A stretch of DNA of 64,000 nt, from the sequence record OZ035799.1. One strand, given 5' to 3'. The notes below the pieces were generated by a model, which saw only the letters and a program-made list of their open reading frames with translations, was not told the DNA's origin and did no database searches. Origin of the DNA: Justusliebigvirus alia. Positions 48,444 through 57,516 of the stretch are shown here, piece after piece (the first letter of the stretch is position 1; the number at the start of each line of letters is the position of its first letter). The translations under genes were made by a program, and so were the position numbers.

Positions 48444-48638
48444 CTATTGATTACGTTTTGCGAGTTCCATTTGGATAGCTAAACTGTGATCTCGTGCTTC
48501 CATATACTCTTTATATGTTTCATTAAGATGATCACGACAAACATCACGCAGTTTAATCAGTTTATCTGTAGGGATACCACTAAGATCATCCCAAGATTTT
48601 ACAACTTCACCAGTATCATTGATCCCAATGGTTTTCAT
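48444..48638 (-). CDS. Hypothetical small protein
   Basis: 64 aa ORF in a run of tightly packed small genes. Confidence 0.3.
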   Translation of the reverse strand: MKTIGINDTGEVVKSWDDLSGIPTDKLIKLRDVCRDHLNETYKEYMEARDHSLAIQMELAKRNQ

Positions 48639-48846
48639 CTACAACCTCCTTAATTGCTACAGCACAGTTTTTGCAGATACACTGCCCTTTACCTTTAGAA
48701 ATCTGGATGTAAGGTTCATTTTCATTTTCGCCCTTACGTGAGTCATATATTACAGAATTGAAGCACACAACGCAAATATTTTTTAAGATTGTATACTTAT
48801 CAACTTTCTTTTTTGTTTTAAAGTTAACTTCAATAACATCAGCCAT
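48616..48846 (-). CDS. Zinc-ribbon small protein
   Basis: Two CxxC pairs (CVVCF ... CICKNC). Start probably the internal ATG at 48846, coupled to the upstream stop. Confidence 0.35.
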   Translation of the reverse strand: MADVIEVNFKTKKKVDKYTILKNICVVCFNSVIYDSRKGENENEPYIQISKGKGQCICKNCAVAIKEVVDENHWDQ

Positions 48847-49124
48847 CAGTGTAACACTCCCAGTATGTTGCTTTGTGACATAACCATAGAACATTCAACA
48901 TTATCGTGACTACGTGAAAAACGTTCCCAAACATCTTCATCGACTCGTAAAGCTATACAAGGATAGACGTTATCATTGATCATTTCAATTGAATAAACAT
49001 CTATATTGTCTTCGTCTTCGATGAACATCATTGCAAACTGTTCTAAATGTTTCCTAATGTAATGTACATCCTCTTCTGTAAGACCAATAACAAGATAACT
49101 TGCAACGATAACGCCATCTTTCAT
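48846..49124 (-). CDS. Hypothetical small protein
   Basis: 92 aa ORF. Confidence 0.3.
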   Translation of the reverse strand: MKDGVIVASYLVIGLTEEDVHYIRKHLEQFAMMFIEDEDNIDVYSIEMINDNVYPCIALRVDEDVWERFSRSHDNVECSMVMSQSNILGVLH

Positions 49125-49134
49125 CTATATCTCC

Positions 49135-49644
49135 TTAGCGATAGAATTGATGTTCTTTGTAGCGGTACACTAGAACCATATCTTTTTCCCAGTGTGCTCT
49201 TATTGTAGATTTTTTAAAGTATAATGCTCCTTTTGTAATATCTAATGCAATTCGTAATTCTGGAAAATGCGTATCGAGATAAAGTAGACGTTCTGCTATA
49301 GCCTTAGCTTCCTTCCACTTATCACGTTCCATAACGTTGAATGTCTTTGTGTAAGAGAATTGTCCTTTTTGAAACAAAACTTCTTTTATAGTATCAGGGA
49401 AATATGAATCTCTAGCCCTATTTAATACTACATTACCAACAGCAGACATACCGCGCTTTCCTTGATTACGACTTTCTGCATAGATTGCACAAGCTAATAG
49501 ATTTTCTTTACTATCACGCTTTGTACACTTGTGAACTACTTTAGCAGTTTTTACGTTTGCAGCTTCGGCTTGCGCCACAACAGGTGTAAATGTAAAAGCA
49601 GTTAAGGATAGTAACGCAATTGCGACAAAGGTTTTTATTGACAA
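49135..49644 (-). CDS. Secreted cell-wall hydrolase (SleB/CwlJ Hydrolase_2-like), putative endolysin
   Basis: N-terminal signal peptide (IALLSLTAFTFTPVVAQA). Motifs LLACAIYAESRNQG, AVGNVVLNRARDS, FPDTIKEVLFQKGQFS match the SleB-type hydrolase family. TTG start with AGGAGG RBS. Confidence 0.6.
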   Translation of the reverse strand: MSIKTFVAIALLSLTAFTFTPVVAQAEAANVKTAKVVHKCTKRDSKENLLACAIYAESRNQGKRGMSAVGNVVLNRARDSYFPDTIKEVLFQKGQFSYTKTFNVMERDKWKEAKAIAERLLYLDTHFPELRIALDITKGALYFKKSTIRAHWEKDMVLVYRYKEHQFYR

Positions 49645-49675
49645 ACTTGCCTCCTATTTTGTTAAACGAACTTTT

Positions 49676-49704
49676 ATTGTAACACAGAAGAGGCTGTTTT
49701 GCAA
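49676..49704 (-). promoter_or_regulatory. Sigma70-like promoter (minus strand) for the hydrolase gene
   Basis: On the minus strand: TTGCAA - 17 nt - TACAAT, located just after a hairpin and 30 nt upstream of the RBS. Confidence 0.5.
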
Positions 49705-49735
49705 GTGGAGGGGGATAATCCCCTCTTACACCCTG

Positions 49736-50338
49736 TTAGATGTTGTAAACCTTCGTATGAGTTACTACACCATCTTCTACAAAATCAATACGTTCTTGAT
49801 CCGTAACTAGTGCAGACAATACTTTAAATTTAATTGTTACACGTTCAAAAGCTGGTTGACCATCTTTAAGATAATTATGTTCAGTTGTTACTGTCTTGTT
49901 TACAAAATCAACTTTTGCTTTACCGTTTTCACGCAAGTGGAATGTTTTTCCTGCTTTATACACAATTTCAACATTACCTTCGAGAGTAATTCCTTCGAAA
50001 AGTTCACCCTCTTCTTCATTTTCTTCACTTTTGAACAGACGACGAAACTCTTCCATATCAAGATAAACAACATCTTCAGAATAACTATCAGTAAGGTATG
50101 TCTTACCATCCATTAACCCGAAATATTGCCAGATCGCAGAATAAACATCACTAGTTGATCCAAGGGTATCTCTGAGTTTAGTTCCACGGATTACTTCATA
50201 AACTTCAAAATTGAAACCAGACTGCAAAGCATTAAACAGTACATCACTAACTTCTAAAGCATAATCTTCATTGTTGTCAATATCCACAAGAAAATTGCCG
50301 CTACGAATAAGTTTTTGACCTTCTAAAGTAATACTCAT
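49736..50338 (-). CDS. Hypothetical protein
   Basis: 200 aa ORF with AAGAGGAG RBS, downstream of TerD. Confidence 0.45.
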   Translation of the reverse strand: MSITLEGQKLIRSGNFLVDIDNNEDYALEVSDVLFNALQSGFNFEVYEVIRGTKLRDTLGSTSDVYSAIWQYFGLMDGKTYLTDSYSEDVVYLDMEEFRRLFKSEENEEEGELFEGITLEGNVEIVYKAGKTFHLRENGKAKVDFVNKTVTTEHNYLKDGQPAFERVTIKFKVLSALVTDQERIDFVEDGVVTHTKVYNI

Positions 50339-50349
50339 TGTTTTCTCCT

Positions 50350-50383
50350 CTTCTATTTAAAATATGCGCCCCGAAGGGCGCTA
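50350..50383 (-). terminator. Hairpin terminator after TerD (minus strand)
   Basis: GCGCCC-TTCG-GGGCGC followed by an A/T-rich tail. Confidence 0.45.
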
Positions 50384-50390
50384 TGATTTA

Positions 50391-50987
50391 TTACTCGAAC
50401 CAATCGTCGCCAGCGCCAAACGCTTTAACTACATCATAAATGTCAAGTCCAGCTTTACCTACACCATATGCTTTCAGTTTCCATTCGTTATCTTCCCGCA
50501 CCAGGGAGGCAACGTGGCAAATGGTATTACCTGCAAGTTCTGGAGCCAAGAAGTCAAAGTCCAGCAGTTCAACGTTACGTTCATCATCGAAGATTTTAAG
50601 GAAACCTTCGGTAGCGTGACCAAGGCGTTTCTTACCCGTTTCGTCATCAATAGTAATTACGAATGCAATTTCCTGTGCTTCAGCAGAGATATTATCCAGT
50701 GTAACATCAATCTGCTCCATTTGCCCTACACCGTCACGAACATCTTCACCTGCAAAAGTAGAACGTTCAGGATCAAATTTCTGTGCGTAGCATACCAAGT
50801 GGCGAGGAGACAACAGTTCCGGCAGACCAGATGCATTGTGTCGGCAAATCAGAGCACTAACATCCAGATCCAGTTTTTCGTTAGATTTCCAAGAGAATTC
50901 CAGACGAATGCGTTTCAGTGCTGGTGCAATCTTTTTCAGAGAAACTTTTTCGCTAGAACCTTTTTTCAGGGAAATTTTCTGAGTCAT
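50391..50987 (-). CDS. terD: TerD-family stress protein (tellurite resistance TerD/TerE/TerZ-like)
   Basis: Matches TerD across its length when compared by eye with E. coli TerD as recalled: ISLKKGSSEKVSLKK, LDLDVSALIC, Ca-site-like FAGEDVRDGVG, IAFVITIDD, and C-terminal NEWKLKAYGVGKAGL. Confidence 0.85.
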   Translation of the reverse strand: MTQKISLKKGSSEKVSLKKIAPALKRIRLEFSWKSNEKLDLDVSALICRHNASGLPELLSPRHLVCYAQKFDPERSTFAGEDVRDGVGQMEQIDVTLDNISAEAQEIAFVITIDDETGKKRLGHATEGFLKIFDDERNVELLDFDFLAPELAGNTICHVASLVREDNEWKLKAYGVGKAGLDIYDVVKAFGAGDDWFE

Positions 50988-51059
50988 AATTTATTATCTC
51001 CTTTGTTGTTAATTTACGTTGTCTATTTTACTAATCTTTTCTACAAAGTCAAGCGTTTT

Positions 51060-51854
51060 TTACGCTTTTGCTCCAAATTTTTTAACCCACTCGCCAAACT
51101 CTTCAGATAGCAGTTTATCGTAAAGTTCTTCGTCAGACAAGGACAAATCTGCAATACCGATAAAATCAACATTATCGTATTCTTTTGCCAAGTCTTTCAG
51201 GAATTTAAAGTTTGCATTACCTACACCAACCATAAACCAGTAAACAGGAGTGTTGCGGTGTTTGTTCAGCAAACTACGTACTGCTGAAGTATCCATGTTC
51301 TCCCCGTCAGTTTGGAAGAAAATCATTGCAGGAGTACGATCAACTTGTGCATCAGTATCTACAACCTGTTCTACAACAGTACGTGTAACTTCTACACGTT
51401 CTTTTTTACCAGTTAGTTTAGCAAGGAAACCCTTAGCCGGAACTTCTTCATATTCAACGACTTCGCGTGTAATATTTTTCGTAGGTACACTACCGAAGTA
51501 TGTACCATAGATCTCTTGCATTACTGGAGCATAAGCTGTACCACCATTGATGCAAACATTAGACATGCAAGAGCCGACATAATCATCATATACATCAGCC
51601 GTTGCAGGAGGCAGTTCAAAAGAAGAACTATTGAAAGCCCACATGTCAATCTGTGCATTATCATCAAACTTCATACCAAACGGCAGCAGCTTACCTACAA
51701 AATCACTAACAGTGCCATCACGATACAGCTCACACATACTCCCCGAAATATCTAAGGCGCTACCGACACGAAGAACAACATCGTTAATCTTTTTCTTACG
51801 CAGAGATACAGTAAGAGTTTCTTGACGTTTTTTAAGACTGATTTTATTGGACAT
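51060..51854 (-). CDS. von Willebrand factor A domain protein (TerY-like)
   Basis: MIDAS motif DISGSM near the N-terminus, downstream Thr/Asp ligand candidates; adjacent to TerD. Confidence 0.65.
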   Translation of the reverse strand: MSNKISLKKRQETLTVSLRKKKINDVVLRVGSALDISGSMCELYRDGTVSDFVGKLLPFGMKFDDNAQIDMWAFNSSSFELPPATADVYDDYVGSCMSNVCINGGTAYAPVMQEIYGTYFGSVPTKNITREVVEYEEVPAKGFLAKLTGKKERVEVTRTVVEQVVDTDAQVDRTPAMIFFQTDGENMDTSAVRSLLNKHRNTPVYWFMVGVGNANFKFLKDLAKEYDNVDFIGIADLSLSDEELYDKLLSEEFGEWVKKFGAKA

Positions 51855-51855
51855 A

Positions 51856-52125
51856 TTATTTCTCCTTTCTGAGTGTAATGTTAGTAACTTCTAAATCCAC
51901 TTCTACCATTTCTGTATCATATGAAATACAGCTAAGTTGACCTCTTTGTGAACCGTTCAGACACATTGCTTGGTTTGTATTAACCTTAATAAACACTAAG
52001 TTTCTGAACGTATCTAAACCAGAATCTTGATAGGCAACATAATATACAAATGTATCACCTACGTCAAGTTCTCCAAAACATTTAGGTTCATCTGATTTGT
52101 CGTCTTTGATATTAAATTTAAGCAC
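51856..52125 (-). CDS. Hypothetical protein
   Basis: 89 aa ORF, coupled to neighbours. Confidence 0.35.
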   Translation of the reverse strand: MLKFNIKDDKSDEPKCFGELDVGDTFVYYVAYQDSGLDTFRNLVFIKVNTNQAMCLNGSQRGQLSCISYDTEMVEVDLEVTNITLRKEK

Positions 52126-52681
52126 TATCTCCTCCTTTACCTACTTTCCAACCTAAATAGAAAGCCTCTCTAGTGATTTTTTGCAACTCGTTTAAAGAGA
52201 TAGTTACAACTAAATCATCTTCAATTTCTAGCTTTGAGTCTTCTTCTGTCTCAATGCAAGTATTATGCACTTTGTGGTAAGGATTGTCAACACGTTTAAA
52301 TTTATTATTTTCAGTGCTGAAGAAGCAATCTGGATCTTCTTCCCCATCACCCCAACCCTGGTTAGGATCTTCTTCAGATCTTTCTGTTGGGATCTCGCCT
52401 GTAAAGTGCTCTTCTAATACCAGAGCAATCCCATCTCCAAGATCGGAAGAGAACATCAAATTACAAACTTCTTCCCAAGGCATAGACCACTTAAATCTTT
52501 TACGATTGCCATGTTTATCTTCTTCGTTAGAGAAAACACTACCATAACTATCATAATTCCCATACATCTCTTCGACAACCTTACCACCTTTCAAAAGAAA
52601 TAGGTAGCAAGGAGAGCCATCGAAAGAGGTAGAAAGAGCAGCATTACCAGACTCTTTGCACAAGAAACTAAAACACCCCAT
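52118..52681 (-). CDS. Hypothetical acidic protein
   Basis: 187 aa. C-terminal motif SLNELQKITREAFYLGWKVGKG is repeated in the next small ORF. Confidence 0.4.
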   Translation of the reverse strand: MGCFSFLCKESGNAALSTSFDGSPCYLFLLKGGKVVEEMYGNYDSYGSVFSNEEDKHGNRKRFKWSMPWEEVCNLMFSSDLGDGIALVLEEHFTGEIPTERSEEDPNQGWGDGEEDPDCFFSTENNKFKRVDNPYHKVHNTCIETEEDSKLEIEDDLVVTISLNELQKITREAFYLGWKVGKGGDSA

Positions 52682-52881
52682 TATACACCAGCCTTAAGAT
52701 CAATTAAGGCCAAAGTTGTTTCAGAGTGTGTTTGCTCGTCTACAGGTGCAGTCATATGATAATACAAAAAATCTTCGGCATCATACCAATCTGATTCTTG
52801 ACCTTGTTTCCAACCATCAATGAAAGCATCTTCCATAATGGTTTGCAATTCTTCACGAGTTAAGTGAATATCTTTACTCAT
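52681..52881 (-). CDS. Hypothetical small protein (paralogous motif)
   Basis: LTREELQTIMEDAFIDGWKQGQ repeats the motif at the C-terminus of the 52118 ORF. Confidence 0.3.
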   Translation of the reverse strand: MSKDIHLTREELQTIMEDAFIDGWKQGQESDWYDAEDFLYYHMTAPVDEQTHSETTLALIDLKAGV

Positions 52882-53087
52882 TACACATTCTCCTCTTTTA
52901 CCAATTCCATCGTTGAATTGTCAAAACCATCTTTAGAAGAATAGGTATAGACAGAACGTAGTTCTCGCAGGACAGTGAATACATTAGGATCATCTAACCA
53001 AGTATCCTGGAGGAGAACATAACGATCTTCATTGTCATACTGAACAGCAATCATAGAACCAGACAGTTTGTAAATTTTAATATTCAT
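52881..53087 (-). CDS. Hypothetical small protein
   Basis: Small ORF coupled to the TelA-like gene; start uncertain. Confidence 0.3.
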   Translation of the reverse strand: MNIKIYKLSGSMIAVQYDNEDRYVLLQDTWLDDPNVFTVLRELRSVYTYSSKDGFDNSTMELVKEENV

Positions 53088-53100
53088 AATATATTTCTCC

Positions 53101-54204
53101 TTAAAGTAGACCACGTTTAACAGTTTGAATCATACCATCTTCAAGAGATTGCACTTCTTGAATGTAATCAATACGAGCAGCACGGGCTTCAGTGTTGATT
53201 CGGTTAGTTTCTTCCAACATTTTAACTAAGTTTTCTTGATCACGACGCAATGTTTCAATATCCAATACTTGACGATTAGCAAGTTGTGTAGCTTCAATTT
53301 GGTTTTGTGCAGCCAGATCACTACCCATTGCAATAGCAGCATTAAATTCATTCAGTACATTGTTCTGCGTATCGGCTGCTTTCTTCTGGCGTAGACTTTC
53401 AATATACATAGAAAAGTTTGCAGAGTAAGCAGGAATAACATTATTCACAATATTACGGGCTGATCGCATCAAACTTGCAGATACTTTCTGCATACTTTGT
53501 ACACGTGGCCCCATCTGAACACACAGTAAGCGTAAGGCTTTCAGGTCTGCAATACGAATTTCAAGCAGATCCATAGTATCACGAGTACGTTGACGCTCTT
53601 CTACCTCATTTTCAGGTAGTGTATTAAGGCGAATTTCTTCTTTTTCATAAGTAGCTGTTAGAAGCTCTATATCCCTGTTTAAGCTAAGAGCATATTTTGC
53701 AATAGCTTCTTCTAAACGTTGCAGATATCGTAAAGAATCTTCTTCTTTTTTCAAGTCTGTTTGGAGTGTCTTTACCAAACCTTCAATACGGTTATTGATG
53801 GTGTCAAATTCTCCAAACAAATCTTCTTTCATACCTAAAACTTTCTTAACTAGTTTACCTAAACCTTTAGATTGTTTAATAGAGTTAGGATCAAGTTGCT
53901 TTGCTTGCTTAATAAGTGCAGTTAAACGTTCACTCATTTCATCTCCCTGAGATGAACGCTGGTGTTTAAGCACTTCAGCATTAAGGTTACGAAGAGTAAG
54001 TCCTGCATCAGCACCAACCTGTTCAATCTCTTCACGAGACATTGGAGGCAGCATTTGTACAGGTCGTGCAACAGCAGGGGCATATACAGGGCTTGCATCC
54101 ATAGCACTTGGAGCAAACAAAGACTTACTTTTTTCTGTTGTTGCCGTGAATACACTCATTTCAGACGGTTTGCTTTTTACGGCACTGATAAAAGGACTGG
54201 ACAT
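53101..54204 (-). CDS. TelA-like (toxic anion resistance family) coiled-coil protein, putative
   Basis: 367 aa with a disordered N-terminus and long coiled-coil body. Size and architecture fit TelA/KlaA proteins and the Ter gene context. No strict motif was verified. Confidence 0.4.
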   Translation of the reverse strand: MSSPFISAVKSKPSEMSVFTATTEKSKSLFAPSAMDASPVYAPAVARPVQMLPPMSREEIEQVGADAGLTLRNLNAEVLKHQRSSQGDEMSERLTALIKQAKQLDPNSIKQSKGLGKLVKKVLGMKEDLFGEFDTINNRIEGLVKTLQTDLKKEEDSLRYLQRLEEAIAKYALSLNRDIELLTATYEKEEIRLNTLPENEVEERQRTRDTMDLLEIRIADLKALRLLCVQMGPRVQSMQKVSASLMRSARNIVNNVIPAYSANFSMYIESLRQKKAADTQNNVLNEFNAAIAMGSDLAAQNQIEATQLANRQVLDIETLRRDQENLVKMLEETNRINTEARAARIDYIQEVQSLEDGMIQTVKRGLL

Positions 54205-54272
54205 TCAATTTCCTCCATATTCTTTAGTAGATGGTGATACCTCTGTACCACCATCATAACACAAATTAAGTA

Positions 54273-55124
54273 TTAAACAAACATATCTAAATAATTTGTA
54301 GTAATAAATGCTCCATCTGCTTCCAGATTAACATAACCAGTAGCATTAGTGGTTAAGAAATCCAGATCGAAGGACTCTTTAACACCCCGTACCTCAATAC
54401 GAGAGATATCGAATACAGGTAGTGTAACAGCCTCTTCGTGCAATACCGTACCTTTGTATGTTGCCTTAATGATAAACTTGATATTACCCGTTCCAGCATC
54501 ATACAAAACACTTTCAAACCCTTTGAGAGTATACTTATCACCAGAAGTGAAGTGCAAAGTTGCTTTGTTTACAGTACGTTTCTTACGAGGAGTTCCTTTC
54601 ACACGTTTATGATCACTACGTTTTTTGTACTTAGGAATGAATACAAACGATACATTCTGAAGAAAGGTATCAACATCCAGGATTTTAATATCCTCTGTTG
54701 CAGCAAATTTTGAAGTCGTTGCATCAAAATGCTTTTCCCTGCGATCATACATAAAGATATCAAACCGATCTTCTAAATCAAACAAATTATGTATTTTAAT
54801 TTCAGAATGCTTGCGCATTGCAGCAACCTTGAACTCTTCAAAACGTGGGTGTTCTACAAGTTCTTCAAGTTTTACACCAAAGACAGTATATTGTTTCGAA
54901 GTTTTTTCTGGCGTTGGCATTACAGAAGCATAATCACCGATTGCGCTTTTAAAGCAAAATTGTTCTTGACCTGTATTTTTACCAACGAATTTACAGTATT
55001 CGTCATCGTGCATACTTTCTTTGGTAGTACCAACAAACTCAAAACCATCTTTATTCTTCTCAAGAATTTCTTGATTAAAGATCCAACCTTCCAGGCGATA
55101 CACTTTACCAACTTCTAGTTTCAT
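54273..55124 (-). CDS. Hypothetical protein
   Basis: 283 aa ORF with AAGGAG RBS in the Ter island. Confidence 0.45.
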   Translation of the reverse strand: MKLEVGKVYRLEGWIFNQEILEKNKDGFEFVGTTKESMHDDEYCKFVGKNTGQEQFCFKSAIGDYASVMPTPEKTSKQYTVFGVKLEELVEHPRFEEFKVAAMRKHSEIKIHNLFDLEDRFDIFMYDRREKHFDATTSKFAATEDIKILDVDTFLQNVSFVFIPKYKKRSDHKRVKGTPRKKRTVNKATLHFTSGDKYTLKGFESVLYDAGTGNIKFIIKATYKGTVLHEEAVTLPVFDISRIEVRGVKESFDLDFLTTNATGYVNLEADGAFITTNYLDMFV

Positions 55125-55159
55125 CTGTTTCTCCTTCTTATTTAATCTGTATTAAATTA

Positions 55160-55750
55160 TTAACGACGACGTGAGCTACTAAAACTACGTTTCGACGAAG
55201 AATAACTTTTCGAAGACTTACTATAAGAGCTAATAGGGCTTGAGTAAGACTTACGAGCAGAGTAATCACTATTCACTTTTGTTGTTGACGGGCGTGAATA
55301 CGTTTGTACACTTTGCTGCTTAATTGTGTTTTGTTTAGTGGTTGTATATGTATTTCCTTGTTTATCATAAAAACTATGCTTTTGTGTTGTATATGCTTTA
55401 CTGTTAGTTGTAGGAGCAGCGTTGTTATTAATAATTGTTGTGCTGCTACCACCATCTCTATAACCGCCACCGCCACTATTACCACTCAACATATGACCAA
55501 GAAGCATACCTGTAGCAAACTCACCTACGCCAGAAGAACCACTGCCGCCTCCTTGCACAACAACTGTTGAAGGTTGTGCAGGTGCTGCTTGAACAACTTG
55601 AGGTGCAGGCTGATTTACATATTGTTCATCTACCATCTGATTTGGTGTTTGTTGGTAACGTTGATTTTGTACATTTTCAGAATCATCACAACCTACCAGC
55701 AATGCACTACCTAATACAACTGCAACAATAAAAGATTTAATGTTTTTCAT
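55160..55750 (-). CDS. Lipoprotein with Gly-rich and Ser/Tyr/Thr-rich low-complexity regions
   Basis: Signal peptide plus lipobox (VVLGSALLVGC). Start moved to the ATG at 55750 (RBS GAGAGG). Gln/Pro-rich linker, GGGSGSSG, then S/Y/K repeats. Confidence 0.5.
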   Translation of the reverse strand: MKNIKSFIVAVVLGSALLVGCDDSENVQNQRYQQTPNQMVDEQYVNQPAPQVVQAAPAQPSTVVVQGGGSGSSGVGEFATGMLLGHMLSGNSGGGGYRDGGSSTTIINNNAAPTTNSKAYTTQKHSFYDKQGNTYTTTKQNTIKQQSVQTYSRPSTTKVNSDYSARKSYSSPISSYSKSSKSYSSSKRSFSSSRRR

Positions 55751-55943
55751 TTGTAACCCTCTCATTTAAAGTCTCAACACAATTTTTAAAATCCCTAGAG
55801 AAACAATACATCTGTTCTCCGTTCCTGTTGATAGTAATTGTATGGTTATCAATATATGTTGTCAAGATAAAAATCAAACAAAACAACCCTAGAGCAAAAC
55901 AAATATTTTCAAACAGAATCCAAAGAACACGTAAAACCACCAT
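55737..55943 (-). CDS. Small membrane protein
   Basis: Single hydrophobic helix LWILFENICFALGLFCLIFIL. Confidence 0.3.
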   Translation of the reverse strand: MVVLRVLWILFENICFALGLFCLIFILTTYIDNHTITINRNGEQMYCFSRDFKNCVETLNERVTNEKH

Positions 55944-55956
55944 CAGATCACCTCAA

Positions 55957-55978
55957 CAAAGCCCCCGAAGGGGCTTAA
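55957..55978 (-). terminator. Hairpin after TerC (minus strand)
   Basis: AAGCCCC-TTCG-GGGGCTT; weak U tail. Confidence 0.4.
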
Positions 55979-55982
55979 TGAA

Positions 55983-56960
55983 TTAAGCAACAGTCTGGTC
56001 TTCTTTTTCAGGGAAGATTAAACTTGCAATAACACCCAGCCCAAGAGTACCTAACACAATATACATACTGATCGTCGGATCAATGTGTGCTGGCAGGAAA
56101 CTCACTTTTGCGTGCAGAGTTTCTGCAAACGGGTGATACATCAGTTTTACACCCACAAATACCAGGACTACGATAACTGCTTTCTCCAGATGAACCAAAT
56201 ACTTCAGTGCAACACTAAGAACAAAGAACAGAGCACGTAAACCTAAGATTGCACAGAGCATCGAAGAGAACACCAGCAGAGGTTCTTGTGTCACCGCAAT
56301 TACTGCTGGAACAGAGTCTACTGCAAAGATTACGTCAACCATTTCCATTACAAACACACAAACCAGAGCCGGAGTTGCTACACGAACACCATTTTTGATT
56401 GTGAAGAACTTCTCACCATCCATCTGATCAGATACAGGGAACAGCTTACGAACAATGCGAGTAGCCCAGTGTTTAGAGTAATCAACTTCTGCATCATTAT
56501 CCCCAGCGAATACCATTTTAGCCGCACAGAAAAGGATGACAGCACCGAAGAAGATATTAACATACCAGCCCAAACTCAACAAGTAAGTGCCTACTGCTAC
56601 AAACACACCTCGGAAGACAATCGCACCTGCAATACCCCAAAGTAGAATTTTGTGCTGCAAGTGTGTGCTTTTAATACCAAAACTTGCGAAGACTGCCACA
56701 AATACTACTAAGTTATCTACAGAAAGAGATTTCTCCAACACATACCCACTCAAGAACAAGCTCGCAAAATCAGCACCGTGTTGGAAGTATACAAAACCAT
56801 AGTAGGCTAATGATACCCCAATCCAGAAAATTGACCAGCCAATTGCAGATTTAAATGAAATTTCTTTGTTTTCTCTGTGTCCAAAGAAGTCAATACAAAT
56901 CGACAAGACTAAAATACCCACTAAAACAACCACATCAATAATTGGGAAACCCAGTTGCAT
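55983..56960 (-). CDS. terC: TerC-family integral membrane protein
   Basis: Multi-pass membrane protein with the TerC signature YVLEKSLSVDNLVVF and a second-half repeat VDVIFAVDSVPAVIAV. Confidence 0.8.
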   Translation of the reverse strand: MQLGFPIIDVVVLVGILVLSICIDFFGHRENKEISFKSAIGWSIFWIGVSLAYYGFVYFQHGADFASLFLSGYVLEKSLSVDNLVVFVAVFASFGIKSTHLQHKILLWGIAGAIVFRGVFVAVGTYLLSLGWYVNIFFGAVILFCAAKMVFAGDNDAEVDYSKHWATRIVRKLFPVSDQMDGEKFFTIKNGVRVATPALVCVFVMEMVDVIFAVDSVPAVIAVTQEPLLVFSSMLCAILGLRALFFVLSVALKYLVHLEKAVIVVLVFVGVKLMYHPFAETLHAKVSFLPAHIDPTISMYIVLGTLGLGVIASLIFPEKEDQTVA

Positions 56961-57037
56961 TCTTTTCTCCTCTTTAATGCGGAGGACAATCCTCCGCTCT
57001 ATGTCTTATACTATAAACTGTTTTTAAAGAAAGTCAA

Positions 57038-57286
57038 CTAGTTCAGTTCTGTAATTTTAAGTTTATCTTCTTTGTTAATGATAGGGAAAGCTACAGCATC
57101 ACCTACGTCATCAATAAAGCAAATAGCAAGACCACCTTCCACTTTGCTAATCTGACCATTAAAGGCGTGATACGGGGCAGGAACTTGATCTCCATCTTCA
57201 AGGAGAATAGCCTCGTAAACCTTGCCGATAGTACAATCACGAGTGTTTCTAAATTTTTCAAGCACTTCAACATTTACTTTACGCAT
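57038..57286 (-). CDS. Hypothetical protein
   Basis: 82 aa ORF; hairpin GCGGAGG-N5-CCTCCGC at 56979-56997 lies between it and the TerC RBS. Confidence 0.35.
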   Translation of the reverse strand: MRKVNVEVLEKFRNTRDCTIGKVYEAILLEDGDQVPAPYHAFNGQISKVEGGLAICFIDDVGDAVAFPIINKEDKLKITELN

Positions 57287-57300
57287 ATAAAAATCCTCTC

Positions 57301-57507
57301 TTATTTGTTAGATTGAAAGATACCACGAAGTACCGCAAGAATGAACGTCACACAGACTACACTCCAAAACGTTACAGGAACATGATGCCAGTCTAAGCCG
57401 ATAATGTCAATCATATAATTGTATGCTAAAAGCAGTAGCCAACTAGGGATTAACACAATCAAGAACACAACAATAAAACAACCTAATACTGCTAAAACAC
57501 CTGCCAT
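57301..57507 (-). CDS. Small two-TM membrane protein
   Basis: Hydrophobic segments VLAVLGCFIVVFLIVLIPSWLLLL and VTFWSVVCVTFILAVL. Confidence 0.35.
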   Translation of the reverse strand: MAGVLAVLGCFIVVFLIVLIPSWLLLLAYNYMIDIIGLDWHHVPVTFWSVVCVTFILAVLRGIFQSNK

Positions 57508-57516
57508 ACTTTCTCC

